From: Anthoceros angustus
Taxonomy: Eukaryota; Plantae; Anthocerotophyta
Reading direction: 5' to 3'
DNA: 64,000 bases
Assembly (NCBI GenBank): GCA_010909165.1
Contig: MU008192.1
Span: 496,001 to 560,000, forward strand
Shown in pieces: positions 1 to 12,221 of the stretch. A model generated the notes under the pieces. The model was not told the origin of the DNA. It did not search any database and saw only the letters and a program-made list of their open reading frames with translations. Each line of letters opens with the position of its first letter. Position 1 is the first letter of the stretch. Made by a program: the position numbers and the translations under genes.

Positions 1-751
1 GAACGGAGCGTGCAAGTAGCGGCTCTTGGGCCTGGGCCGGGCTGGCGTTCCTTCCTTTCCTTCCCTTTCCTCGTTGCTTCCTTAAGCGCTTTTGTGGGTG
101 GTGTGGAGCAGTGTGTCCGCCTGTCGTCTGGCCGCCCAGCCTGTGAAGGTGCGGATGCGGGAGCGTGCGATCCGATCATGGCCTCCGCCTCCGCCTGCCC
201 CTGGCGCCGTGGATTTGCTGAGGTGTTACACCAAATCTCCCCTCTCCCGGAGCCTTAACACCCACACTCCCGTCTGGGCTGCAATTGGATGTCCTGGCCA
301 TGTCGCCCTGCCGTCACCCTTGACGTGGGAGGGACGTGGGCGCCAGCCTCGCCTTCTCCTCCTCCTCCTTCCTCCTCCCGCCATTCGCCCTCGCCCTCGC
401 CCTCGCCCTCTCCTCCTCACTGCACCCACCTTCCTTTCCTTTCCTTCTTGGCTGCCCCGCTTGGTGCGCCAGCTGCTCCTGCTTGCTTCCTGCGCGCAAT
501 CGGCGGATGCCTGGAAGCCATGGCGTACTCCAGATACAGAGATTTCAAATTCCGGTGTTGGGTCCTGGAGATTTGAATCGGGTGCGGAGGATTCCGGGGT
601 CAGGTGGAGGGCGGAGTTTAGTGCCGAAATTGTTGCAGGAGTGGAGAATGCGGGGGTCGTGGAGAGGGGAGGATGTGAGTTGAGGCGTTGGGCTGTTTGG
701 GTTGGACCGGGCCGAGCCATGTGCGGCCGGCTGGTCCAGGAGGGAATTTAG

Positions 752-3700
752 ATGGCGTCGCTGGCACATCCCTCCGCAACCGCAAGCAATTGCCACTTGC
801 AATCTCTGCCTCGCATCTGCAACTTGAAGATGAACCCGCTGTCCAACACAAATTACAGCCGGAGTCTGGCAGCCATAGCTCTGGCTAACCATTCCGCTGC
901 CTTGAACCAGCTCTCCGCTCTCAATTCCGCCTCCTCTTCCCTCACCTCGCATTCCGCCGCCGCGGTTGCAGATCTGTCTGGTTCTGTTTCTGGGTCCGGG
1001 TCCGGGTCCGGGTGTGGGGCGGGAGGAGATGTCAGAATGCCTGCCTCCGCTTTGCTGATGCGGGAGGCCATGGATGTGTCGGTCACGTCTTCCCCGCTGG
1101 GATCTCCCGGAACAGCGCCATGGTTCGCTGGTGCCAGCCCCGGGTCTGGAGGCTACTTCTCCCCGGACCTCAGATCCGTGGGAGGAGGAGCAGGAGGAGG
1201 GGGAGGATTTCAACCCGGGTCCATGGAGATGGCCTTGAAGAAGCTCGGGGAATGCGGGAGGATGGGCAGCGATTTCCATGCCGCTCTCCCTCACCGACAA
1301 CACTCTCTCCCTTCTGTTCAACAGCAGCAGCAGCAGCAGCAGCAGCGGCTGAGATCGTCTGATTCCAACGTTACCAGATTTGGCTCTCTGCAGCACCAGC
1401 AGCACCAGCAGCAGATGCATCAAGAGGCCTCCGGAAACGACTGGGCCATCGGCGGCAGCAACATCCACGGCCAGCAGCAATGCACGGATGCGAATCTGAG
1501 CTTCGCGTCCTCCATGGCCGCGGCCCTGGTCCCGTCTTCCGGGCGGGGATCTCTAGCAGCCAGGACTGTTCTGCTGGGAGGTGCGAGCAACATGCAGAGG
1601 CAGCAGCAAGAGAGCTACAGCCGGGCCGGGAGCGGGGACGGGGACTCCCTGTCCGCCAGGATCATGCGAGCCATCGGCGAGGGCAGCAACCAACAGCAGC
1701 AGCAGCAGCAGGTCCTGGGAGGAGAGGACAGCAGCATGCTGCAGGAGATGATGGGCTGCGGGAGCTACAACGTCACTCCCCAGAGCAATGCCGCCCAACA
1801 TTTCCTCACCTCGGCCAGGCCCATGGCCATGCCCGCCATGCCCATGCAGGGGAGCATGGAGGCGGACTGGACATCGCTGCTCATGGACGCGGCAGCCGCC
1901 GATGTCAGTGTCAGCCTCCAGGCTTCCCTGCCCAAGCCATCGTCTGCCAGCCTTCATTTTATCCCGGACTCTACCTTCCCGGACACCAAAATGCTCTACC
2001 ACGGTGGAGCAGGAACCGGAGCTGGAGCTGGAGCTGGGCAGCCAGGCGGAGGAGGCGGCGGCGGGAGCGGGGGAGACGGACAGCTGGAAGATGGCGCCGC
2101 CTTTCTAGATGCTGCGAGTGGCAAGCACGCCGGCGGGGCCATGAATTTCGGTCCCCCTGCCCTAGACCCCGCCATGGCCCAGTTGCAGGCGGAGCTGCCT
2201 GGCGGTGGAGCGCGAAGTCCGCTGCATTCCCCCAGTTTCGGCACCAAAACCACCTCTCTGCAGAATCTTGGCGAGCCGGGCGCGCGGGCGGATAACTTCG
2301 CTCTCTCGTCGGATGCGCCCAGAATGTGGGCTCCGGGACCCAGGAAGGATGGAGGCATTCCCAAGCAGCCCCCCGGGCTGGCCCGGACCATGTCGGTGAA
2401 TTCCCGGGGGAATTCCCCTGGAGAGCTGGAGATGGAGCAGTGTTCCTCCATGTCTGCGATGCTGGAGTCCGAGCTCCCGCTCTCGGAGAAGAGATTCGGG
2501 AAGAGTGGGAGGCGGCTCTCCCGGACCTCCAGCCCGTCCGTGTCCACCATGATGGATCTGACAAGCCTGGAGCACGGCACCGGGAACAGCTCCGCCTCGA
2601 CCTCCGCGTCGGAACGGGGGGACGCTGAGGAGAAGAAGAATCTGGGGGAGCCTGTTCCAGAAGCCTCGGGATCGGGGCTGACGATGGCGGGAAAGGGGAA
2701 GGCGGTTGTGGGCGGGAATGGGAGCGAGTGCGCTGAGGTGGGCGGTGACGATTCCTCCTCTTCCAAGCTGGCTGTGAAGGAGAATTCCGAGGACAGCCAG
2801 GGGAAGAAGCGGAAGGGGAGGGGAAGTGAGGACGGGCCTGCTGGGAAGACCAGTGTCACCTCCGCGTCCACAGCTGCCAAGGACAGCAAGGTGGGATTGA
2901 GGGTGGGATGGATTCTTTTGTGGGTGGGATTGATGCTTATGTGTGCGGCGATGGGGTGGTGGGTTTCTTGTTTACAGCTGGAAGACGGTGTCTGAAGGAC
3001 TTGTGTGTGTGTGTGTGTGCTGCAGAATGAGGAAGGTGTTGATGCTGCCACCCGAGCTAAAAGATGTAAAGCATCCGCCTCTGAGCCGGATGCGGGCCGG
3101 GGAAAGGCGGGCGGGGTGAAATTGGAGAAGACTGCCAGTGACAACTCTGCTGACAGCGCTGGTGGTCCTAGCACTCACGCCAGTAAGCCACCGGAGGCTC
3201 CCAAGACTGACTACATCCATGTCAGAGCACGCCGGGGCCAGGCGACCGACAGTCACAGCCTGGCTGAGAGGGTGAGTGAGTGAGCTTGCTGCATGCAGCA
3301 TTCATCCATATACAATGGCTGGCGGATGCCCTGAACGGTTTTTGTTCGATCGTATCTGAGCCCCTGCCGTCGCGTGTCGTGTGCAGGTGAGAAGAGAGAA
3401 GATTAGCGAGCGCATGAAATTCTTGCAGGATCTTGTTCCTGGCTGCAGCAAGGTGATAAGATTTTCGAGTTTGTATAAGCTGGTTTTTTAATGGCAGTTG
3501 CAGTCACTGTTTCATGGGACATGTCGTGACAAGCCCCCCCCCCTGGCACATGTGCAGGTCACGGGAAAAGCTATGATGCTTGACGAGATCATCAACTACG
3601 TCCAATCTCTGCAGCGTCAAGTTGAGGTAGTACAGCGGCCTCAAAGCGATTGAAATGATTCGTGATGGTACTTGTCTAGTGGCGACTGTCGTGAATGGGT

Positions 3701-4517
3701 TCCAATTTGCTCTTTCTCTTGCTGCAGTATCTGTCTATGAAGCTGGCAAGCGTGAACCCCAGGATGGACTTCGGAGGTGTGGAATCCCTTCTCTCGAAAG
3801 AGGTGAGGAGAACTTTAAAGCTCGACTGCTCTTGAGATTGAATGAGCTCAGGACACCGTTCTTACAGCTCTGGATTTTGGGCTGTCAGCAATCACGAGGC
3901 TTCGCACAAGGTGGCCAGCAGCAGCTGATGATCGGTTCCGAGCCCATCACAATTCCGTCCTCGGCTTACCCTCAGCTCCATCCCCAGCAACAGGCCATTG
4001 CGATGCAGCAACTTGCAGTGACTTGCGGCTTGGACATGCGAGCTTTGGGTACCCAACTGGATACAGTCGCTGGCGGATTGAGACGACCCCTCTTATCCCC
4101 AGCTTCCACTTCTTCCATCACCATGGCGCACAGTGCCCACAGTGCAAGAGATCCATTTGAGGATTCTGTTTCTCAGGTGCATTTATGGGGAGCCCTGTAG
4201 TCTCTGCAAGCACATTCAATAAATGTCAACACATGAGGAGGTTTTTGCTTACACGCGTCAGTGTCTGGGCTTTGTGAGTGCCTGCAGGTATCAGCAGTCT
4301 GGGATGGAGAGCTTCACAGTGTGGTCCAAATGGGGTTTGCCCAAAATCGTCTCTCGGCTCTCGCTTCACCAAGTCTTCGAGGTAATTCTGAACTAGGAGT
4401 TCGTTCGGCTTAAAAACGTGACTCAAGGTGGAATACGTCCGAGGTAACATGGTTCCGTTGCCCCTTCGTAAATCGACAGGTTCTCTTCCACCCGGCAATA
4501 TGAAGCTGGAGCGGTGA
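752..4517 (+). CDS. bHLH transcription factor, CIB1/BPE/bHLH49-like (plant subfamily XII), 8 exons
   Basis: Hand-spliced exons 752-2890, 3026-3271, 3387-3452, 3558-3626, 3728-3802, 3868(or 3889)-4176, 4288-4381, 4480-4517; all GT-AG and frame-consistent. Gives [23 protein letters not shown]|[22 protein letters not shown]|[23 protein letters not shown]|[12 protein letters not shown], then [13 protein letters not shown] and the C-terminus MKLER*, all typical of this subfamily. Confidence 0.92.
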
Positions 4518-5802
4518 GCCATCCAAATACAGGGATGATGCTCGACTCTGGTGGATGGAAGGGAATGCAGGTGCCAAGAATAGTTCCATCCTGAGCATTG
4601 CTTATACCCACAATTCTGTGCACGCTTCCGGAATCGCGTTAGGGCCCTGGCACTCAATGCCAAGATGGGACCTGGGCTCCTCCGGCAGTATGTAGCGCAC
4701 TGGACTGGTGGGCATCTAAGTCGATTTCAGCAGTGTGAGACATTTCTTCAGGCTGCTCTGTCTCCAGGAACTCAGAGTTGTCACAGCACCTGAAGATCGG
4801 CCTCAACTGGGCTATCCGCTTTCAGGGTGGAACTGTATGTACTATACCGAAACTTTAACTAATGTGAGGCTTTAACACACTTAGGATAGGACTGACAGAC
4901 GCAGGCGAGTGGCCTTTCATGCCACGACGTGATGGCGATGGCTCGCCTTTAGAGGCAGCTAAAAGCACTTACAATACTTGAGGAAAGTGATCAAAGGTTT
5001 GGATATGGTCATTCTGTCTTGTAAATTCTGAAGATCCTGTTTAGTATTCCTCTCCACCCTATAAGCGTAAGCGTTGCACTGTAACCTTATCCAAGCACTG
5101 TACTCTTTCAATTCGAGGACGGAGGGTGGAGTGGATGTATATGAAGATTTTATGGTTAGTGCTGATCACTTCTTTACTTCGTAGCATCGTAGTCGGTCAG
5201 GACTGATGAGTTCTGCTTGCAGGGAAAGGAAAAGGAACAGAGATGGCCCACACTGTACTTCTTTTTGTCATCTACCTTTAGCTTGGCTCCATTCTCCTCC
5301 GTTCTTTTCAATTCGACGTTCGAACACCAGTGGCCATTTCGGGGAGCCGTGGTCCTTTACTGGCTTGCCAGGTAGTGCACTTCCCCTGGTGCCCATCTTT
5401 AAAGAACTGGTTAAAGGTGACATTCTTGTTCGGACACTCTGCAGCTGGGACCCTTCAAAGCACGAAAGAAAAAAGTCGACTTGTCCTAGTCTGTCGCGGT
5501 AGATATGTAGAGGTGTCACCTACCTACTATTTGTAATTAAAGGAGCAAGCCCGGTACTTGTTTTCCAAATTCATCTTTGAGAATGTGAGCTCAGCCTTCC
5601 ACACACAAGAATGCAATATTGTGGGAGAGGTATGTACTACAAGCTCTTCTCGGCTCGGCTCGGCTCATGTCGACACATCCACTAATACCCATGCTTCAGA
5701 GAAGGTACGTAAAGTTTGCCCCACACTATGTAGTGTGTTTCTCAAAAAGAAGAATTGGATATCAATGTTTTACTGCATGCTGATTGTTGATCAGGTCCGA
5801 CC

Positions 5803-8800
5803 TCAAAACTCGTCGAACAGTTGATGCCACACTTCTGTGAAGACAGCCACTATGAGATGATGGTACTCCACTGCATTCAGTGTGAGGTAAGCCTGCAAGA
5901 GCTCTTCCAACTCGGCAGGCTCTCGCATGTCCTTCTCCACAATCATAGCTATCATGGATGTCCGGAAGTCTTGGTACGGGTCGAGTGTATTCTTCACCAC
6001 AGACACACTTTCTCTCACCTTGTGGGTCTGAATTGAAGAAGGTAGATCCACCAGCTTCTGTTCATCCATCATTTCCTCCGACATCACCTTGTCCTTGCGG
6101 GGGTTTTGCCTGGAGGGCTTAGGGTGAGAGGTATTTCGACCTTGGGACAAAGATTTGTCCCGTCTTCCGCCCTGACTCCTGCTCTCTGCTGGACACCTCA
6201 AAGCACTGACCTGAGCACCTCTGATCCTTGGTCTGCCTCTTGGTACAGAGGAAGAAACAATTTTCTTCTGGGAGCTTGCGTGCTTCAGCATCCGGGAGTT
6301 TTCCCTGAATTTCTGAATGCTTTGTGACGAAGAGTTGTACTCTGCCAACGCCCAGGCACTGCTTTCTTCCTGCCAGCTGTCCCGTGCAGGAGTTGAACTT
6401 TCGGAGCTGGATTTATCTAGATAAGTGCTGTAGTACTCCAAATCCAGGCTTGCCTGGCCCTTCCTCAGAGATCGTGGCACCTTAGCGTTCACCATCCTGT
6501 GGCTGAGGTGGGCACCTGATTTTCCACCTCTCCACCGAGGGGCCGGCATGCCATCATAACTTGCCCTGGCCCTTGACGCTGTTGAAGACGAGTCAGAATA
6601 CGAGCGGCTGGATTCTGGACTGCACCTGCCATTCGTGATAAGGTGACCTGCTAATTGTCTCTGGTCAGCAGAGGTTACTACCTTGGTGCACTTCACATCT
6701 CCCTCATCCACCGCAGCCATCATTGCTGTGCTTCCTGGAATGGGTATCAACGTCTTCTCCAGCACTTGATGGATAGTATCCCCTTCCTGCTCCTCTGCTA
6801 ATTGCTGCTCAACATCCATCTGAGTCTTCACCTCTGTCGCATCAAACATTTTATCATCGTTTCCCGCAGGTACCATGATCCCCGCTTTTATCACACCTTC
6901 ATCTTGGCCTGACACTGACTCAAGTTCCGCAAGGTCCTCAAGATCTGTTGAGCAATTGGATAGGATGTTGAATCTTTGAGGAGTAGTTTTGGACTCGGTC
7001 TTCAAGAAACTGTCCAACTCCTCGTTAGCGTACTTGCAAATGGGCTCGTTGTCCGCTGTGTCCTTGTTGTCTTCACCTGCTGCATCCTTCAGGCCATTGA
7101 GACTTTTATGCTTTGCCGGTGACACTTCCTCATCCTGCAGAGTACCTGAACCGAATTCTGTGGCGTCGAAATGGGCTGTCTCTGCATCTGCTTCAGGAGG
7201 TGACTTGCCTGTAGTAGTCTTGAGGTGCAGGACCTTAGCTAATTCCCTGCCAGTTGCACTAAGAGGAAGCTGGACAGACAGATACTCCTCAAGTCTTTCT
7301 TGCAGGCTCGGGGACAACTGGAATGGGAGCTTCACAGGAACCTTAAGCGGGGACTCCTCTATCAAGAAACTAGGCTCATCAGGCCTCTGCTCCACAAGTC
7401 CTCTTGTTTCCTGTATGATCTTCTCTTGCAAATCAGAGACTGACTTTACCCCAACAGGACCGAATATCGAGGCTTTGGATGACCTATCCTCCAGTTTCGA
7501 CATATTTACAGCAACCAGAGGATCAGAGCAGCTTTTAGCTGGCTTTTGCGCCGCGGGAATAACAGCTACATCACTACTAAGATTGTCATTACCACACTGG
7601 TGAGACCGGCAGCTCACTAAACTATCAACAAGGTCTGGGCGGCCAGGTTTACCACGAAACCCTGAGAGAACGTATTCAGACAGGAAGTTTTTCTTAGCAG
7701 AAGTGTCTACCTCAAAGGAAGTGAAGAGACTGGAGTCCTCGCTGGTACCCGACGCCGAAGAAGGAACCTGCTTCTCCACCTTGGATGGCCCTGTAGGATA
7801 GACAGCCACATTCCTGCGGACACCGGAATCCCTCCCCTGCCCTGCAGTCATCATGCCCTGGTGGAAGTTGCCCTGCCGAATATGGTGCTTGTTGGAAACT
7901 ATATGCTCGGTAGACGCAAGCTGGATCGAAACGTCCACAGATGAATTGGGAGGGAACAAACTTGTGCCTTGATTCAGGTCGCCATTATGATAGGGCATGC
8001 ATTCCGGGGCTACCTGCTTGGAGGAAACGTGTGGTACAACCTTCCCACCAGCCTTGTTGGGAGACCCGCTGTCACCATGAATGAACCTGGCCAAGGACTT
8101 CGCAGAGCAACCCGAGCTCACCGTCGGCGGTCCTCCTGCGATTCCAGACACGATGCTGAAGTAGCCCGTGGAGTCGTAACCTTCCCTGTCTTTCACATTG
8201 TTGTTTGCCTGAACAAGCTTGGAACCTGGACTCTCCTTCGACCCAACATCCTCGAACTCATGTTGTTGTATGACCGATGCCTGGAAGTCGGAAGTCGGGG
8301 TGAAAACTGAGGAACTTCGTACATGCCTGGACCGGAAGGTCTTGTCACTGCTCCCGGATTTCAATCCTCCTTCAGCAGCCCTTTCCAGGAAATGCTTATC
8401 AGCAGACGGCTTGAAAACACCTGAACGGACGTCGTCGAAGCGTGCACTCTGTGACGCCAACCCAGAGATCCGTTGAGAGCCACTACCAGCCCGAACTTCA
8501 TCCACTCCTGGACCAGAATTCTTCTTGTGCACCACCTTCTTCGTGACAGGCTCATCAACAACAGGTCTGACGACATCCCAGCTGCACTCCTTCCCCCAAT
8601 CGTACACATCCTGAACCTCCCCCTTCTGCTTCACGTGATTCAACGAATTGGATCGGCCAAAATGCTTGGCTGGAGGCGTCACCGATCCCAAATTCCCCGA
8701 CTTCTCCGTCTCGACGTCACAGCTCGGCCACCTCGTGCTGTGCTTCACATTCTCCTCTCGAACAAAGTCTTCACCCACAAAATTCCCCACACTCTCGAGC

Positions 8801-10878
8801 TTCCAACTGGAGCCCGTGGACCGCCTCGACGACCGATCACGACCTCGCAGCTCCCCACTTCCGAAGATTTGGCTCTCCATGTTCGACGATGTGCTGAAGG
8901 ACCGTTTCCCGAACATCTCATCCTCCATGTCTGGAACATCGTTATCCTGAGACTGCCCATGTCCCGGCCGGAGCAGGCTCTGCTTCGCCGACCCTTCCTC
9001 ATTCTTGCTGACAGTCCCAAGCTCCGCGGACTTGCTCTTGCTGGATCTCCTCACCGAAAGCAGGGCGGACGAGAACCTGCTGGAAAGATTCCCACCATGG
9101 CCGTCGTTTCTTCTGGAGCCCGTGTTCGAACTCCTCTCCGCATTTCCTTCCCCGTCCTTCGCTGTCCCGCCACTCTGATGCGATTTCACGATCTTCTTGA
9201 TGCTCGACAAGCCCATACAGCTCGAGGACACAACCTTACTGGACGTCCGCAGCTTCCTCCCGGGAAAGAACCGAGAGGAAGTCTCCCCATCGCCCACAGC
9301 CTTGGATCCACCTCCCCGGCCATGGAGCTGTTCCCTCACCTGCTTCTCGATCAGCTGAGAGATGGCATCAACACTGCCCCCTGCTATCATGGACTCCGTC
9401 CCCTCACGATCACCATGACTACTACTCCGATCAAACTTGGAAGCCAAACTCCGGTTGGACGCAGTGATGAGCGACTGAGCCGCCTCAGACACATCAGATC
9501 CAGATCTGCTATGCGTCTTCCTGAACACCTTCATCACAGAGCTGGCATTCGAAATGAGAGACCCGGACTTGGAGGGGGAGGACTTGGCACCGGCACCACC
9601 GTCTGCAGACTGCACTACTCCAAAAAACATTTCAGATCTCGCATCAGGGAGCTGGGATTCGGCAATCTCGGCAGAATCGCTACGAGATTCTTTGAGCATC
9701 CGGCCTCCATCCTGCCCGCATTCCCCCTCCCTTCCCCGTTCCAACGCCAAAGCGTGCCATTGAACCGTGTCTTGCAATTGGGTTTGTGCAGTTGTGGTGC
9801 TGGGAGCGGATTTGAGCGGCAACACCTTCACCTCCCGGGCCTGCTGCTGCCGGCCCTCCGCTTCCCCAGGCCCCCGAGCTTCCGTCAGAGTCGCCAAGTC
9901 CTGAGAACCAGGAGGTGCAGCATCCGTGAGGATGTGAGAGACCACAGTTTTCCTGTAGCCGGCTGCAGCTGTGGAGGCTTTTTTTGGAGAGGCTGAGGCG
10001 GGGAAGGGGATATCGATGCTTTTGAAGGACTTGCTTCCCGCGGGGGAATTGGTGGCCAGAGCGAGGAGGCGGGCGGGGGAGAGGCAGAATCGGGCGCCAG
10101 TGCCCTGCTGACACGGACTGGGACTGGGAGACTCACTCGGGTTGGATGGGCGTGGCCCAGCCCCCGGGGTCGGGCGAGGAAGGCGGCATTCCGGGGACTC
10201 CTCCACTGGGCTCAGCTGGGACTTTCCCTGGCCTGGAGATGAGATTAGAAAGCGCCGATGCACTGCCTGCTCATGGGCCTCACCTGCCCCAGCCTGATCC
10301 TGAGCCGCCGCTTCCTCCTGGCTGCTGAATCGGGGAGGGGAGACCGGGAAGATGGAATTGATGAGCGTCCTGATCCGAGGATCGCTGTCCAAGACATGCA
10401 CAGTGTGTAGAGGCAGCCTCTTCTCCTCCTCCTGCTCCTCAGTCGCTGCTGCTGCTGAATCTGCATCTGGCGTGTGAGTCGGGGCGGGGGAGGATAACGA
10501 CTCGGACAGGGCTGACAGTTCCCGGGAGCAAGCTTGAGAGAAGTCCTGGGAGAAGTCCTGGGAGAAGTCGTGCGAGAGGTCTTGGGAGCAGTGGCTGTCG
10601 TGGAAGGTGATGCCGCTCTGGAATTGCTGGCTTGCATCGGAGTCATCGAGGCAAGCGTTGCGATCCTGACTGAGAGATCTAGACGAGGAGGAAAGGTGGG
10701 AATGGATTGGTCTTCGAGGGGCCAGGAAGCGGGCTGTCCTTGGCAATGCAGCTCCGTGTACCTTCTTGGCTTCTTTGAAGAACCTTCCATACAGCCAGGC
10801 CTGGGCCTGGGGGAGCACAACTTGCGGGAGTGTGAAGCCCTGTGCCACTGCCTGTCGGGTGTCAACCTCCATGACCAC
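5803..10878 (-). CDS. OVATE family protein (OFP), single exon, 1691 aa
   Basis: Uninterrupted ORF. C-terminal OVATE domain VSVVKNTLDPYQDFRTSMIAMIVEKDMREPAELEELLQAYLTLNAVEYHHLIVAVFTEVW (PF04844-like). N-terminal AWLYGRF resembles the OFP N-terminal W(F/L)Y motif. Confidence 0.9.
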   Translation of the reverse strand: MVMEVDTRQAVAQGFTLPQVVLPQAQAWLYGRFFKEAKKVHGAALPRTARFLAPRRPIHSHLSSSSRSLSQDRNACLDDSDASQQFQSGITFHDSHCSQDLSHDFSQDFSQDFSQACSRELSALSESLSSPAPTHTPDADSAAAATEEQEEEKRLPLHTVHVLDSDPRIRTLINSIFPVSPPRFSSQEEAAAQDQAGAGEAHEQAVHRRFLISSPGQGKSQLSPVEESPECRLPRPTPGAGPRPSNPSESPSPSPCQQGTGARFCLSPARLLALATNSPAGSKSFKSIDIPFPASASPKKASTAAAGYRKTVVSHILTDAAPPGSQDLATLTEARGPGEAEGRQQQAREVKVLPLKSAPSTTTAQTQLQDTVQWHALALERGREGECGQDGGRMLKESRSDSAEIAESQLPDARSEMFFGVVQSADGGAGAKSSPSKSGSLISNASSVMKVFRKTHSRSGSDVSEAAQSLITASNRSLASKFDRSSSHGDREGTESMIAGGSVDAISQLIEKQVREQLHGRGGGSKAVGDGETSSRFFPGRKLRTSSKVVSSSCMGLSSIKKIVKSHQSGGTAKDGEGNAERSSNTGSRRNDGHGGNLSSRFSSALLSVRRSSKSKSAELGTVSKNEEGSAKQSLLRPGHGQSQDNDVPDMEDEMFGKRSFSTSSNMESQIFGSGELRGRDRSSRRSTGSSWKLESVGNFVGEDFVREENVKHSTRWPSCDVETEKSGNLGSVTPPAKHFGRSNSLNHVKQKGEVQDVYDWGKECSWDVVRPVVDEPVTKKVVHKKNSGPGVDEVRAGSGSQRISGLASQSARFDDVRSGVFKPSADKHFLERAAEGGLKSGSSDKTFRSRHVRSSSVFTPTSDFQASVIQQHEFEDVGSKESPGSKLVQANNNVKDREGYDSTGYFSIVSGIAGGPPTVSSGCSAKSLARFIHGDSGSPNKAGGKVVPHVSSKQVAPECMPYHNGDLNQGTSLFPPNSSVDVSIQLASTEHIVSNKHHIRQGNFHQGMMTAGQGRDSGVRRNVAVYPTGPSKVEKQVPSSASGTSEDSSLFTSFEVDTSAKKNFLSEYVLSGFRGKPGRPDLVDSLVSCRSHQCGNDNLSSDVAVIPAAQKPAKSCSDPLVAVNMSKLEDRSSKASIFGPVGVKSVSDLQEKIIQETRGLVEQRPDEPSFLIEESPLKVPVKLPFQLSPSLQERLEEYLSVQLPLSATGRELAKVLHLKTTTGKSPPEADAETAHFDATEFGSGTLQDEEVSPAKHKSLNGLKDAAGEDNKDTADNEPICKYANEELDSFLKTESKTTPQRFNILSNCSTDLEDLAELESVSGQDEGVIKAGIMVPAGNDDKMFDATEVKTQMDVEQQLAEEQEGDTIHQVLEKTLIPIPGSTAMMAAVDEGDVKCTKVVTSADQRQLAGHLITNGRCSPESSRSYSDSSSTASRARASYDGMPAPRWRGGKSGAHLSHRMVNAKVPRSLRKGQASLDLEYYSTYLDKSSSESSTPARDSWQEESSAWALAEYNSSSQSIQKFRENSRMLKHASSQKKIVSSSVPRGRPRIRGAQVSALRCPAESRSQGGRRDKSLSQGRNTSHPKPSRQNPRKDKVMSEEMMDEQKLVDLPSSIQTHKVRESVSVVKNTLDPYQDFRTSMIAMIVEKDMREPAELEELLQAYLTLNAVEYHHLIVAVFTEVWHQLFDEF

Positions 10879-12221
10879 TACGCTGCTACTCCACCTTAAA
10901 GGACCAATTTGAAAGAAAAAACAGTAGGAGATGCTAAGCTACTGAATCAGAAGAGTCACGACTAGTCTCTGTTCAAGATTGCAGGCCCGAATATTATTCA
11001 TCAACAGGCAGAGGTGCAACACACCGCTCTCCTTGCAACAACCGACAACTTTGTTCAATGCTTTTCTGCAAAGCCTTCAACTTCATCCGGTCTGGGATTG
11101 AGTTGAGTACACATTCTTTTCTGGACACGAATTGAACCAGAGAAATGCAAACAGACTGTTCCTGGTTGCGACAGTGAGGAAGATAGATGACTTAGAGGCG
11201 ATTGATGTTGAGGATGCCGCAGAATGAGCAGCAACAGGGAGGAGAGGGAAGGGAAGGGAAGGGAAGGGAAGAGCCTTGTCCGGGGCTGCCCCTGTGCCTT
11301 GTCCGAGTGAGGCCACTCAGGGGATCGATGGATTCGTTTCGTTTTGTGGGCTGGGGTTGAGGCCGAGCACGCCTTATGAAACCCGACTATCTTTAGAATA
11401 CCACTGTCTGCTTCGCCATGTGTCTGCGCCTCCGTCTTCGCCGTCAAACCGCGCGGGTAGCGCGCGGTTCTTAGTTTGCTTAACTCCGGCTACTGTTCTG
11501 GGCTGCGCTAAACAGCAGTTACGATTGGGCTTGATTTCAGAAATTCAGAGGATTGTCTGCACATTTTCGTGGCCAAGTACAGGAGGCGCTTCACCCAATT
11601 TGTCATCAATACCAGGACGTGGGAGTTAGCACTAGGAGGTGGTAAAAAGCGCAGCCAAGAATCACGTGATGTCATGGAGCACAATCTGACTTGCCTGGAA
11701 GGACATGTGGCAAACCCAAGATGAAGCGCTTCCAATGTGCCAAGTGGAAGGAAGGGCCCAAGCCGTTATGTATGAATAAAAAACAACACCCAAAGGTTCC
11801 CAGTCCGGCAGTGCTTCTATTCTATTCTACCCATCCCGAGCCGCCCCTTCTCTAGCACAAACTGCCACATGTAGGCCCCTAACACTGTCACACACAGCAC
11901 AAGAAGACACGGCCTCACAAAGTAAGGCGCTTAAAGTAGCTAGACTAGTCTATTAGAGTGGCAGGTTGCTTCTTGATAAACAACATGGAGGTATGTTGCC
12001 GTTACTCCCTATCTCAAAGACTACCGACTTCCAAGGCTGACAACTATGTCTAGATCAACAGGAGCATAATTTAATCAAAACTGCAGCCTGCTGGTTCACT
12101 TCCTACATACATAAGACACTACCTAATTTAGATCCATCGGCCAGCACTCTTTCTTGAGCAAGAAAGGGTGCAGGTCTGGACGGTCTACAAGTCCTTCTCT
12201 TTCACTCCTAAGTCCAGCTAT

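Noticed and set aside
92-751. 219-aa ORF upstream of the bHLH as a separate gene
   Set aside because: Starts at GTG, is built from CCT and GCCCTC microsatellites, has no recognisable domain, and abuts the bHLH ATG; more likely leader sequence.
545-3174. Long minus-strand ORFs (545-1480, 1996-3174 and others)
   Set aside because: Antisense shadows of the GC-rich, repeat-rich bHLH exon 1.
8473-9996. 507-aa plus-strand ORF
   Set aside because: Lies wholly antisense to the OVATE ORF, has Leu/Arg/Pro shadow composition and no motif.
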